From Desulfotalea psychrophila LSv54 (GTDB taxonomy: Bacteria; Desulfobacterota; Desulfobulbia; Desulfobulbales; Desulfocapsaceae), in contig NC_006138.1 in NCBI RefSeq assembly GCF_000025945.1, positions 1,980,001 to 2,012,000 of the forward strand: 32,000 nucleotides of DNA. The letters are read 5' to 3'. Positions 18,021 through 27,682 of the stretch are shown here, in pieces (the stretch's first letter is position 1; every line of letters starts with the position of its first letter). The notes under the pieces are model-generated. The model saw nothing but the letters and a program-made list of their open reading frames with translations, ran no database searches and was not told the origin of the DNA. The position numbers and the translations under genes were made by a program.

Positions 18021-19870
18021 TAGTTTTGCTCCTCAAAAATCCGTCTTACTCGACAGTCTTCACAGTATTCAAAATGGCTTGTATCAACACTTTCTTTGCT
18101 GGCGAGTATACTCATCACTCGTTCATAACTCTTCCTGGTACCAAAGACCTTACCGCATCGAAGGCAGGTCATGGGTTCACCTGCGGCTAGTAGCCTGTCA
18201 CTGAAAAACGCCTCTGAAAATTGCCAGGCGCGGCTCATCTGTAGGGCGTTTTCCGGGCATATTGAAACGCAGAGGCCACAGCCAACACAGATGCTGCCAT
18301 TATGGGAGAGGATCATTTCGGTTGCCTCCGTCTTCATCGCCCCTATTTGACAGACATTGATACAGGACATGCACTGGGTGCAGCTCTCATTATCACAGGA
18401 TAAGGTTGCAAATGGGGTTTGCTGATTGCCCTTAAAACCCGGTGTTTCTCCTGTCTCTTGGACAAAGGATTGTATTATCTGGGCCAGGGCTTCTCGTCTG
18501 TTTTTCCCGGGTGTCAGGCTCAGGACATTATCTCTACGGGGAGGAGTTGCTGCTAAAAGATCAGGTTCAAGCTCTTCGCTTATCAGCAGGGGCGTTTCGC
18601 AGGCAAAGAGGGCCGTTAGAATTGTATTGGCAAGCCTTGCCTCTCGTCTCATGCTCTGCCCGGATTCTTTGCTAGTTATGATGATTCTGCTAAAGCCCTG
18701 AGAGTAGAGGTAGAGGAAGTGAAAGAGAGAGAAAAATTCGACTCGGTCGCAGGCAAGAAAAAAGGTGTTATGGTAAACCCTGTCTCTATTCTGCCACCAG
18801 AAGGAGTGGAGGCTTTCGGCATCGGCAAGGACAATGGTAGAGCTCTCTTTGCTGTCGAGCGAGTCAATATATCGGACAAGACTTTGATCGGTCAGGCGCT
18901 CGTACTGCAGGGCCCCGGTGGGACAGGCGGCGACACAGTCACCACACTCCTCACAGCGAAGGGGATTAATGGAAACACCGCCCTTGAGATCAATTGCTTC
19001 ATATTGGCAGGCATCTGCGCAGAGGCGACATCCCCTGTCAAGATTGGCATTGTATTGGCAGAGAGAGCTGTTGATTGATACAATCTCATCTACTTGGAAG
19101 GAGTAGAGGTTTTTTAGGTAATCATCGAAATTTTCTTCTCGGTATACAGCCAGACATCCCTCTGCTCCCTCTATTTGACAATCGTCGAGGATTATGAGGG
19201 CGGGCATTTTAAGCTGACGATATTCCATCCCATAGATTTCAATTGCTCCCTGGGGGCAGATCTCTTCGCATTTCTTGCAAAAGGTGCAGGCGCTGAAATC
19301 AAACTGGAGGCTGTGGGAGATGCATTTTTCGGGACAGGTAATACCGCACTGGCCGCAATAGGTACAACGGGAACTGTCAAGGGGAGCTCGGAGGGCATAG
19401 TCAATGGCTACCCCGGAGTGAAGACCACTGCTAATACTTATATCTGTGACGGTTGGAATCTCTGGATGAAACCCCTTGATGAGGAGAGGTTCAATGGCAA
19501 GAAGGCCTCCATAGGTTTCGATGAATCTATCAAGGCTTGCAGTAGATGCTGCAACTACACAGAGACGCGCATCCGTATCAACGGTATAGCTACGATACTG
19601 TTTTGCCTGCTCGCGCTCTTTTTCTGCATATGCTATTTTTTCTAATTGAGAGGGAGTGGCGGAGGTGAGGTCTGCATTGAGTTGGAGTGTCGGCGAGAGG
19701 ATAAAGCTCGTGTCCGGGGAAATTGTTGGAAATCCTCCGGCAAGTAAAACAGTTTCTTCTTCTCTGGCAGAAAGAGCCTGCCCCGGATGAAGATCAAACT
19801 GGGCAGGGGTAAAGTGTGTCTGTCCCTCTGCATCCTGTATCAACAGGTGTGTTGTAAATGCCTTCTCCAT
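18020..19870 (-). CDS. Large 4Fe-4S polyferredoxin associated with FDH maturation or electron transfer
   Basis: Start at the ATG at 19870 (AAGGGG upstream; ORF-track start at 19906). Motifs CTYCGQCGITCPEKC, CTFCKKCEEICPQ, CRLCADAC, CEECGDCVAACP, CTQCMSCINVC, CVGCGLCVSICP, and a C-terminal CLRC...CEDC pair. Confidence 0.85.
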   Translation of the reverse strand: MEKAFTTHLLIQDAEGQTHFTPAQFDLHPGQALSAREEETVLLAGGFPTISPDTSFILSPTLQLNADLTSATPSQLEKIAYAEKEREQAKQYRSYTVDTDARLCVVAASTASLDRFIETYGGLLAIEPLLIKGFHPEIPTVTDISISSGLHSGVAIDYALRAPLDSSRCTYCGQCGITCPEKCISHSLQFDFSACTFCKKCEEICPQGAIEIYGMEYRQLKMPALIILDDCQIEGAEGCLAVYREENFDDYLKNLYSFQVDEIVSINSSLCQYNANLDRGCRLCADACQYEAIDLKGGVSINPLRCEECGDCVAACPTGALQYERLTDQSLVRYIDSLDSKESSTIVLADAESLHSFWWQNRDRVYHNTFFLACDRVEFFSLFHFLYLYSQGFSRIIITSKESGQSMRREARLANTILTALFACETPLLISEELEPDLLAATPPRRDNVLSLTPGKNRREALAQIIQSFVQETGETPGFKGNQQTPFATLSCDNESCTQCMSCINVCQIGAMKTEATEMILSHNGSICVGCGLCVSICPENALQMSRAWQFSEAFFSDRLLAAGEPMTCLRCGKVFGTRKSYERVMSILASKESVDTSHFEYCEDCRVRRIFEEQN

Positions 19871-20030
19871 AGCCTGACCCCTTGCCTTTAAACAGCTGCT
19901 CCTCAATTACCGAATCTGTACTTAAAAACAGCACAGAGCATACCCATATAATCAGCAAGAATAACGGAACAGTGATAAAAATGTAATCAGGTCAAGCCCT
20001 TTTGTCCTGTAGGCTTTTTCCCTACAGAAG

Positions 20031-20696
20031 TTAGTCCTCCCTTTCGAAATGCTCTTTTTCGGTCCAGAGGACGGCACGGCGGATAAGCTCAGCCCCTGTC
20101 TTTATGCAGAGTTTTTGTTTGATTCTGTCTCGGTAGGTGCCAATAGTTTTTACCCCTAAGCACATCTGTTCTGCAATCTCCCGGGTAGGTAGGCCCGAGC
20201 CAATCAGGCGAAAGACCTCAATTTCACGGTCTGTGAGCAGGTCAACGGTGGGGGCTCCCTGGTTATCTGCCTTATTGACATGGAACTTGTCCAGGAGCAG
20301 AGACATCATATTGGGGCTGACATGAAGGCGTCCCTCTCGTATATTGCGCAGGGCAGAAATTACAGATTCCGAGGCCTCTCTTTTCATAATATAGCCCTTA
20401 GCACCGGCTCGAATGGCTCGTTCCGCCCAAACTGCCTCGTCATGCATGGAGAGGACCAGCACAGCCGAGCAGAGTTTTTCTGCAGTTATCTCTTTGACCA
20501 GGTCAAGACCATTATCACCGGCCAGGGTAATATCAACAATGGCCATATCAGGTTTATGTTCGGCAATGGCCCTGCGAGCGCCGGCAATATTTTCGGCAAC
20601 AGCACATACGCAAAAATCATCCTCCTGGTTGAGGAGCTCTGCCATTCCCATCCTAAAAATAGGATGATCATCTACTATCATTATCTGTGTTGTCAT
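20031..20696 (-). CDS. Response regulator, NarL/FixJ (LuxR-HTH) family
   Basis: Receiver domain (IMIVDDHPIFRMG...PDMAIVDITLAGDNGLDLV...SMHDEAVWAERAIRAGAKGYIMK) plus LTDREIEVFRLIGSGLPTREIAEQMCLGVKTIGTYRDRIKQKL. Confidence 0.95.
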   Translation of the reverse strand: MTTQIMIVDDHPIFRMGMAELLNQEDDFCVCAVAENIAGARRAIAEHKPDMAIVDITLAGDNGLDLVKEITAEKLCSAVLVLSMHDEAVWAERAIRAGAKGYIMKREASESVISALRNIREGRLHVSPNMMSLLLDKFHVNKADNQGAPTVDLLTDREIEVFRLIGSGLPTREIAEQMCLGVKTIGTYRDRIKQKLCIKTGAELIRRAVLWTEKEHFERED

Positions 20697-23113
20697 TAAT
20701 CCACCATTCCTGAAATGGTAACCGTAGTGCCATTATTGGGCTCTGAGTTAATATTAAGTTGTGCTCCCATCATCTTTGCTCGATACTCCATGGTGTAAAA
20801 CCCTAAGCCCTTGCGATAGTGTCCTTCCTGGAAGCCGCAACCGTCATCACGAACCTGGATAAAGAAATTTTCATCAAATCGTACATCAATATAGATATTT
20901 TGTGGATGTCCATGTCGGGCAGCGTTAAAAACAGCCTCGCGGATAGCATAGTGGAGGTGTATCACCGTTTCGCTGTTCACCTCCTCTGTGTTGCCCTGAA
21001 ACTCAAGGAGACAGTTCACTCTAAACATGTTTTTGACTTCCACCACAAGTTCTTCAATAGCCGATTTAAGACCGTATTCGACAATGTGAACGGGATAAAG
21101 ACCGTGAGAGAGTCTGCGGGTTTTGTCTATGGCATCACGAATGAGATCTCGAATAGTGCCGATCTGTTTTATTTGAGACGAGTCTTCCTTTTCCAGTTTT
21201 TGGTGGAGTACCTTGCTGAGGAGCTCGACACCTGTGAGGTGAGAGCAGAGGTCGTCATGCAGGTCACGGCCAATGGCGCTTCGTTCCTCCTCGCTTACCG
21301 ATATAATTTGTTTTTCCAGGCGGGAATTTTCTTCTTCAGCACATTTTTTCAGGACATGCATCCACATACCCTCAAGCAGCATCTTTATCTGGCGAATATC
21401 GGACTGATTATATTTGCTTGAGCTATTGCATACCCCGGCAACCATTACAATCTTGCCATTATTATAGACAGGTACATCCAGATGGCGGTGAGGAATGGCA
21501 TGATAGGGATAAACATCTCTTGCCCCGATAAGACGACAGTTGTTGTCAAGAATAGCGTCTCTTTTGAGCACTGCCCGAGCCATAAGCCCGCCCTCGGCAA
21601 TGGGGGCAGACAGGTGGATCTCATTGTTGAGCTGAGGCCTTTGTCTCTTTGCCGCGACATAGGCGCAGAGGGTGGTATAGCTTTGGTTTTCGTTGACCAG
21701 AGCAATATATCCCTGGTCGCTGTCTGTTATTTGCACGATCCGCTCCAGAATAAAATCATACTTATCCTGGATGGAGGTGTCCATCATGCTTAGGCCGAGC
21801 AGGGTGTCGAGGCGCAACTCATCCTTATGCAGGAGTTTTTCATTTTGTATTCGTTCGTCAACCATTTGATTGGCCAGTTTTGCCAGATCTTCAAATTCAA
21901 TAAACTCTAATTCATTTTGTTCTACCTTCTCGTTGGAATCTGCAGCGCCACGGAAAAAATTGGTAAAAGATTGTACGCCCCTCTGGATCTTCAGGGAGTA
22001 GAAATAGGTGGAAAAAAGGAGGAGGATAACAGCCACAACAAAGAGGACAATAAACATGAACACATTTCGAAAGCTTATGCGTTGGTAGGTCTCTGTTTCT
22101 GCGGCAATTGCCTGTTCCATCTCCTCCATATAACTCGATGCCCCAATTACCCACCCTAGCTCAGGGTAGGCCCGGACATAGCTGAGCTTTTGCCTTGGCA
22201 GATCACCACCTTTACGGTAGCCGGAATAGGTAACAAATCCCTCCTGAGCACCTTCAACGCCTGCCCGCCATAACTCTTCTCCATAGAGATGCTGTTTGCT
22301 GTCTTTTAAGGAGGTTATAGAGCGGCCGAGGAGTTTTTCGTCACGACTACAAATAATGGTGCCATTGAAACGGAAAATAAAAATTTCCCCGCCATCACCA
22401 AAGGTCATGTTCTGCAGCTGTTTGATGGCGTCGTCTTGTACCAGATAGCTTGAGTCATTGCGATAAACGCCGGCGCCAATAAACCAGTCAAAGGGGGGGA
22501 AGTATTTTACAAAGGCACGTTTAAAATAGATTCGTCCCGGGTAATTTGGTTTGAGGAGGTCATAGCTGAAGAGACCAGCACCCTTTTTTTGAATAATTTC
22601 CTGCGCCATTCCCATAATATCCACCCCTGTCAGGGAGATAATTTCCTTGCTGCCCTTACCCTCCAGGATTGGTTCATCGGCAAAGAGGTCCATGGTTCCT
22701 GTATCAATACGACCGGCGAAGTAATAACCCTGGCCATCATTCCAACGGATGGGGCGAAGGATTTCAGTTACCATTTTTCGCAGTTCAGCAATATCTTTTT
22801 CGTTTTTGTAGAGGCTATAAATATGGGAGGCTACCGTGTAGGCCACCTGCCCGCGCTTGCGAATATCCTCTTCTGCCTGAGCAAGCTCTTCTTGCAGACT
22901 GTAGTGAATATAATCCGTTGCTGAATTTACCTCTTCTCGCACTCGGCTTTGGTATTGATTGTTGTAGTTATTGATAATGTTATCAATGCTTTCCTTGTAT
23001 GCCTGGTATTCGTTTATCGTCCAAAAAATACCTATAAACAGGCCAAGCGCTGAAATAACTGCAAGTGATGCATAGAAGGGGGCCCAGGTGATTGATAACC
23101 GATTTTTTCGCAT
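20696..23113 (-). CDS. Sensor histidine kinase: tandem periplasmic Cache domains, TM, GAF, HisKA_3, HATPase_c
   Basis: NDGQGYYFAGRID...FKRAFVKYFPPFDWFIGAGVY and SYVRAYPELGWVIGASSY (Cache); SEEERSAIGRDLHDDLCSHLTGVELLSKVL (HisKA_3 H box); DDGCGFQEGHYRKGLGFYTMEYRAKMMGAQLNINSEPNNGTTVTI. 1-nt overlap with the response regulator. Confidence 0.93.
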   Translation of the reverse strand: MRKNRLSITWAPFYASLAVISALGLFIGIFWTINEYQAYKESIDNIINNYNNQYQSRVREEVNSATDYIHYSLQEELAQAEEDIRKRGQVAYTVASHIYSLYKNEKDIAELRKMVTEILRPIRWNDGQGYYFAGRIDTGTMDLFADEPILEGKGSKEIISLTGVDIMGMAQEIIQKKGAGLFSYDLLKPNYPGRIYFKRAFVKYFPPFDWFIGAGVYRNDSSYLVQDDAIKQLQNMTFGDGGEIFIFRFNGTIICSRDEKLLGRSITSLKDSKQHLYGEELWRAGVEGAQEGFVTYSGYRKGGDLPRQKLSYVRAYPELGWVIGASSYMEEMEQAIAAETETYQRISFRNVFMFIVLFVVAVILLLFSTYFYSLKIQRGVQSFTNFFRGAADSNEKVEQNELEFIEFEDLAKLANQMVDERIQNEKLLHKDELRLDTLLGLSMMDTSIQDKYDFILERIVQITDSDQGYIALVNENQSYTTLCAYVAAKRQRPQLNNEIHLSAPIAEGGLMARAVLKRDAILDNNCRLIGARDVYPYHAIPHRHLDVPVYNNGKIVMVAGVCNSSSKYNQSDIRQIKMLLEGMWMHVLKKCAEEENSRLEKQIISVSEEERSAIGRDLHDDLCSHLTGVELLSKVLHQKLEKEDSSQIKQIGTIRDLIRDAIDKTRRLSHGLYPVHIVEYGLKSAIEELVVEVKNMFRVNCLLEFQGNTEEVNSETVIHLHYAIREAVFNAARHGHPQNIYIDVRFDENFFIQVRDDGCGFQEGHYRKGLGFYTMEYRAKMMGAQLNINSEPNNGTTVTISGMVD

Positions 23114-23135
23114 AGCTCTGTCTTCAGGGAGGCTG

Positions 23136-24299
23136 TTACTGGCCGGCCATTTTGATTTCTCGTATTTTGGGATAGATTTCAGTCAGGAATACATCGTCGA
23201 GACCTTGGTGGTCAGTCTTGGCAAACCGTAGTATGAGTCCACCGAGGTCAAAGGAACCAACTCTCTCCATGGTCTCTATAAAAGATTTTTGATTGAATTC
23301 CCCGGAAATATTTTGGCAGATTGCAGCAAAGAGACGTCCGGCAATATAGCCCTCAAATGAATTGAAATTTGTCGAGGCTCCATGCTGGAAAAGAGACATT
23401 GATTCTTTATACTCCCCGACCAGGGGGAGGGTATTATCATAGGGGTTAGGCACAACCTGAGAGACAATAACTCCTTGTCCATATTCACCTAGGGAATCAC
23501 GTAAACTTTCCGTACCCACAAAGGATATACTGGCAAACAGGGCCTGAGAGTGCATCTTGGCCTTGCTTAACTTGATAAATTCAGCACAGGCGGTATAGGC
23601 GCCAACCATTACCACTGCCTCAGGTTGAACCTTTTCTATATCGAGAACAGCTCCCATAACAGCCACGGTATTACGCTCATAGCTTGCCTGGGCCACAAGT
23701 TTCATGCCATGATTTCCGAGAGCCTGTTCCAGCCCCTTCAGGCCATCAAAACCATAACTGTCGTTTTGGTAAAAACAGGCAATGCGGGACAGCTTTTTTT
23801 CATTTATCAGGTAGTTTACTATTTTTGCCATCTCTTGGGCGTAGCTGGCTCGAATTGTTATGACATAGGGGTTAAATGGGGTACGGAGAAATGCTGCTCC
23901 TGTCAGAGGGGCAAAAAAGGGTATGCCTAAACGGGAGGCGAGGGGGAGAACTGCCTGGGAGGTAGGGGTGCCCACCTGACCAATGAGAGCAAATACCCGA
24001 TCCTCTTCTATGAAAATCTCGCTATTACGTACTGCTCTGTCTGGCTCATAGCCGTCGTCCCTGCTTATCAGGCGGATGGGCCTTCCGGCGATGCCGCCAG
24101 CCTCATTGACTCTGGCGAATGCGGCCTGGAGTCCTACCCGCATTTCATTGCCTATATCCTGTGCTCCTCCGGAGAAGGCGCTGGATTGACCCAATAAAAT
24201 TTCCTGAGGCATTGCTGCCAAAGTTTCTATGGTCAAGCCCTGCCATAGCGAAAACAGGCAACATATTATGACTAACCTCATACCTCTCTCCATACTCAA
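23136..24299 (-). CDS. Periplasmic substrate-binding protein, LivJ/peripla_BP_6 type, orphan
   Basis: Signal peptide; ILLGQSSAFSGGAQDIGNEMRVGLQAAFARVNEAGGIAGRPIRLISRDDGYEPDRAVRN...FIEEDRVFALIGQVGTPTSQA. 22 nt upstream of the kinase gene; no permease or ATPase genes adjacent. Confidence 0.9.
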   Translation of the reverse strand: MSMERGMRLVIICCLFSLWQGLTIETLAAMPQEILLGQSSAFSGGAQDIGNEMRVGLQAAFARVNEAGGIAGRPIRLISRDDGYEPDRAVRNSEIFIEEDRVFALIGQVGTPTSQAVLPLASRLGIPFFAPLTGAAFLRTPFNPYVITIRASYAQEMAKIVNYLINEKKLSRIACFYQNDSYGFDGLKGLEQALGNHGMKLVAQASYERNTVAVMGAVLDIEKVQPEAVVMVGAYTACAEFIKLSKAKMHSQALFASISFVGTESLRDSLGEYGQGVIVSQVVPNPYDNTLPLVGEYKESMSLFQHGASTNFNSFEGYIAGRLFAAICQNISGEFNQKSFIETMERVGSFDLGGLILRFAKTDHQGLDDVFLTEIYPKIREIKMAGQ

Positions 24300-24353
24300 G
24301 CTCTTTCAAGGAAGCTATCAATTCTCTCCTGGTAAAAAAGTTCATCTTATAGG

Positions 24354-26348
24354 CTATGAGTTATTTGTCAAAGGATTGTCTCTGCCTGTTTTAACATCAG
24401 TTGCTTGACCGTAGCTGTGGAAGGCAGTTCTGACCTCCTCTGTGCCAATGATAGCCACCATATCGCCGGCCTCAAAACAAAAATTGCTGTCTGGGTTGGA
24501 GTAGAGCTGGCGCTCACGTATTATACTTACCACCGTGGCCCCGGTTTTATTGCGGATTTCTGCCTCCCTGATGCTCTTGCCCGGAAGAGTATTGCCTGTC
24601 TCTAAAACGATCCACTCCAGATCAAATTGCAGTTCCGCTGCCCGCATATGGGCCAGGGTGATGTAGTTCTGGGTGTTCGGGGCGATAAAATCCTGGCGGA
24701 TAATGTTGGTGAGGTTGTGGATTTCAGTGGGCGATATTTGCCGATGGAGGAGGATCAGTCTGATCATCTCTAAACTGGTCTCCAACTTGGGTAAAACCAG
24801 ATCGTGGATATCGAGGTCTGTGAAAATATGAGAAGAGGCTGGGTCGGAAATGCGGGCCACAATTCGGATATTATTTTGGGATCTACGGATGCGTTTAATG
24901 ATCTCCTGCGCTGCTATAACGGATGGTATTGTTACCACAAGAAGGGAAGCTGTTTCAAGGCAGAGAGCTTCTTGAATGGTTTCGTGACAGGCATCTCCAA
25001 ATATAACGGGGAAATCTAATCTTTTTGCCTCTTCAACACGTTGCTGATCTAATTCGACCAAGATAAAGGGAATGGCAAGTTGTTTGAGTGCTGTAGCTAT
25101 TTTAAAACCTACATGTCCATGACCAATTATGACAACGTGCCCGCACAATTTTTCATCCGGCAGAGCGATATTTTTTAGGGATTCTTGGCTAAACCATTTC
25201 TTTTTTAAGGCATAGAATCGACCTGCTTGGGATGAGATCAGTGGGGTCAGGGCCATGCTCAAAATAGCCGTTGTCAGGATGGTGTTGTACAGGTCTGAGC
25301 TAATTGATTTTGTTTCAAGACCGACCTGGGCAAGGACAAAAGAAAATTCACCCACCTGAAAGAGACCAAGGCCCACTGCTATGGGCACGATATTTCCGTA
25401 GCCAAAGAACCATGATATTGCTGAAAAGATGATTCCCTTACCAAGGCCTACCAGTAGTACAAGGAGGGCTATGAGCTGCAGGTGGGCAAAGAGAAAGTGG
25501 GGGTCGAGAAGCATGCCCACCGAGACAAAGAAGAGGAGGCCAAAGAGGTCACGCAGGGGGATAATATCGCTTAAGGCCTGATGTCCGTGATCTGATTCAC
25601 TGAGAACCATTCCGGCCACAAAGGCACCAAAGGCAAAGCTTAGTCCCACCAGATGCGTAACCAGGCCAACTCCAAGGCCGATGGTGATGATGGCCAGAAG
25701 AAAAAGCTCCCGTGAGCCGGACCGGGCAATATGGCGTACCATGGTCGGCAGAAGCTTGGCGCCAAGTAAGAGCATTGTTCCCAGGAACAGGGTTGCCTTG
25801 ACGGCAGCGATGCCGAGGGAGCTGAGTCCCATTGCTGGGTCATTGAGCTCGGGCATGATGATCATCATAGGGACAATGGCCAGGTCCTGGACAATGAGCA
25901 TGCCGATCATCACCTTGCTTGAGAGGGTGCCCATCCAACCTTGGTTCATCAGGGTTTTTAAGATAACCATGGTTGAGGAGAGGCTGATCATGGTGCCGAA
26001 CCAGAGAGAGTCTTTCCAGCTCCAACCCAGTAGATAGCCAATGCCATAACCAAAGATCATGGTCAGGAGGATTTGGATTGGAGTACCGATAAGGGCGATG
26101 TTCTTTACCGGTTTAAGATCCTTGAGTGAAAATTCCAGGCCCAGGGCAAACATAAGCAGGGCTACCCCGATTTCGGCAAGAAGTTCTATCTCATGTACGC
26201 CTGCCACCGTGAATCCACCGGTATGTGGCCCTACGATAATCCCTGCAAGGATATAGCCAAGAATTAATGGTTGACGCAGCATTTGCATGAGCAGGCCGCA
26301 ACAAAAGGCTGCAAGGACAATGATGATAATGTCGGTAGCTATACCCAT
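24354..26348 (-). CDS. CPA2-family monovalent cation:proton antiporter (Kef-type) with TrkA-N/TrkA-C domains
   Basis: Start moved to the ATG at 26348 ([45 protein letters not shown]); [18 protein letters not shown] Rossmann motif and C-terminal TrkA-C domain. The preceding 98 aa of the ORF track look non-coding. Confidence 0.9.
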   Translation of the reverse strand: MGIATDIIIIVLAAFCCGLLMQMLRQPLILGYILAGIIVGPHTGGFTVAGVHEIELLAEIGVALLMFALGLEFSLKDLKPVKNIALIGTPIQILLTMIFGYGIGYLLGWSWKDSLWFGTMISLSSTMVILKTLMNQGWMGTLSSKVMIGMLIVQDLAIVPMMIIMPELNDPAMGLSSLGIAAVKATLFLGTMLLLGAKLLPTMVRHIARSGSRELFLLAIITIGLGVGLVTHLVGLSFAFGAFVAGMVLSESDHGHQALSDIIPLRDLFGLLFFVSVGMLLDPHFLFAHLQLIALLVLLVGLGKGIIFSAISWFFGYGNIVPIAVGLGLFQVGEFSFVLAQVGLETKSISSDLYNTILTTAILSMALTPLISSQAGRFYALKKKWFSQESLKNIALPDEKLCGHVVIIGHGHVGFKIATALKQLAIPFILVELDQQRVEEAKRLDFPVIFGDACHETIQEALCLETASLLVVTIPSVIAAQEIIKRIRRSQNNIRIVARISDPASSHIFTDLDIHDLVLPKLETSLEMIRLILLHRQISPTEIHNLTNIIRQDFIAPNTQNYITLAHMRAAELQFDLEWIVLETGNTLPGKSIREAEIRNKTGATVVSIIRERQLYSNPDSNFCFEAGDMVAIIGTEEVRTAFHSYGQATDVKTGRDNPLTNNS

Positions 26349-26677
26349 ATTCTGTCTTTTTATGTAAGATTTTGTTAGGTAAATTGTTGGGCAGAAAAGA
26401 AAATGTTGATGCTTAAGTATATGATGCTTGGTGCTGAAATTCAATGGTAGGGCGATTTTTTGGAAAGTAGGTGTGGAACTTTCATTGGTATATTGCTTGG
26501 GAGTCATTCTCCGAGTAGTATTTCTCTTGTCTAGATAGATATTAGTCATCCCTGGTGCTGTCACTGGGGTAGAGACCCTTTGTGGGCGATTCTTATTGGA
26601 TCCTTGTCTAAGAGATTCTATCTTAGGCAGAGCCCTTACCATACTGTTTCCCCCCTTTATTATGAGGAATATTCAAT

Positions 26678-27454
26678 ATGTCCAAGCTAGACATCCCTCT
26701 CAGCATCATGCAAAAATCTGTTGTCATCAGGCCTGGTGGCCGGCAGGAGATGGACGAGCATGTAGCCATCGAGACCCCCTATGCCATTGCCCTCAATGAT
26801 AGGGTAATTGGCTCTTCCATGGTGCTTCCTGTAGATTTGGAGGAGTTTGGCGCAGGCTTTCTCTTTGGTCAGGGATATATAAAAAAAGCAGAGGAGATTC
26901 GTGAAATACTGGTCTGTCCTCAGGGGAGAATATCGGTCTATGCCGATGTGGAAAATGAGGAGCCCCGGGAGGTGATAATCACCTCTGGCTGTGGTGGTAC
27001 GGGGAAAATTCCCAAAGAGATGCTGGAGGGAGAATTTGCCCCACTTGCTGACTATTGCCTGCCCTTTGCGGAGATAAAATCCTTTATTCGAGAGGCCCTG
27101 CACTCATCGCCTCTTGGCCCGCAGACTCACTGTGTCCATGGCTGCGGTCTCTGGAATAACGGCAGACTGCAGGTTTATCATGAAGATGTGGGGCGGCATA
27201 ATGCCGTGGATAAGGTCCTTGGCTCTATCCTTCTCGGGCGGGCGAGTAATAATTCTGCGGTCTATACCACTGGTCGCCTCACCTCGGATATGGTTCTTAA
27301 GTGCGCCCGTATCGGTATTCCTATTATTATGTCCCGTACCTCGCCTTCATCGCTGGGGCTTGCCCTGGCAAAACGGTCAGGGGCTACCTTGGTGGCCTAT
27401 TCCAGGCCGGAAAGAATTAATGTCTTCAATGCCCCCGAACGTATTTTGACCTAG
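26678..27454 (+). CDS. fdhD: Formate dehydrogenase accessory sulfurtransferase FdhD
   Basis: DEHVAIETPYAIALNDRV...LEEFGAGFLFGQGYI...ITSGCGGTGKIP...THCVHGCGLWNNGRLQVYHEDVGRHNAVDKVLGSILLG...YTTGRLTSDMVLKCARIGIPIIMSRTSPSSLGLALAKRSGATLVAYSR. Confidence 0.95.
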   Translation: MSKLDIPLSIMQKSVVIRPGGRQEMDEHVAIETPYAIALNDRVIGSSMVLPVDLEEFGAGFLFGQGYIKKAEEIREILVCPQGRISVYADVENEEPREVIITSGCGGTGKIPKEMLEGEFAPLADYCLPFAEIKSFIREALHSSPLGPQTHCVHGCGLWNNGRLQVYHEDVGRHNAVDKVLGSILLGRASNNSAVYTTGRLTSDMVLKCARIGIPIIMSRTSPSSLGLALAKRSGATLVAYSRPERINVFNAPERILT

Positions 27455-27682
27455 GTGGGCCCTGAAAACTTTGTTACCCTTTTGCTCATGGGTGAATCCG
27501 TCCCGTTAAGCGGAGTTAGTCTCTCTTTCCGTATAGCTGTTGTAGTTGTGCTGGCCTTTCCTGCGCCTCGGCGTCTGGTGTTGTTTTTTCCCTCTGCTGT
27601 CATTCCCTGCCAGAGATGAGATACAATGTTATTGAAGAAGGGTAAGGTTCTAAGCAAAAACAGTTTACTGAGATGAGAGACT

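Noticed and set aside
18719-19645. Plus-strand ORFs of 119 and 156 aa within the polyferredoxin gene
   Set aside because: Antisense to repeated cysteine-motif coding sequence; shadow ORFs.
26349-26642. 98-aa N-terminal extension of the antiporter ORF
   Set aside because: Low-hydrophobicity, non-domain sequence ahead of the natural [11 protein letters not shown] start; more likely the divergent promoter region with fdhD.
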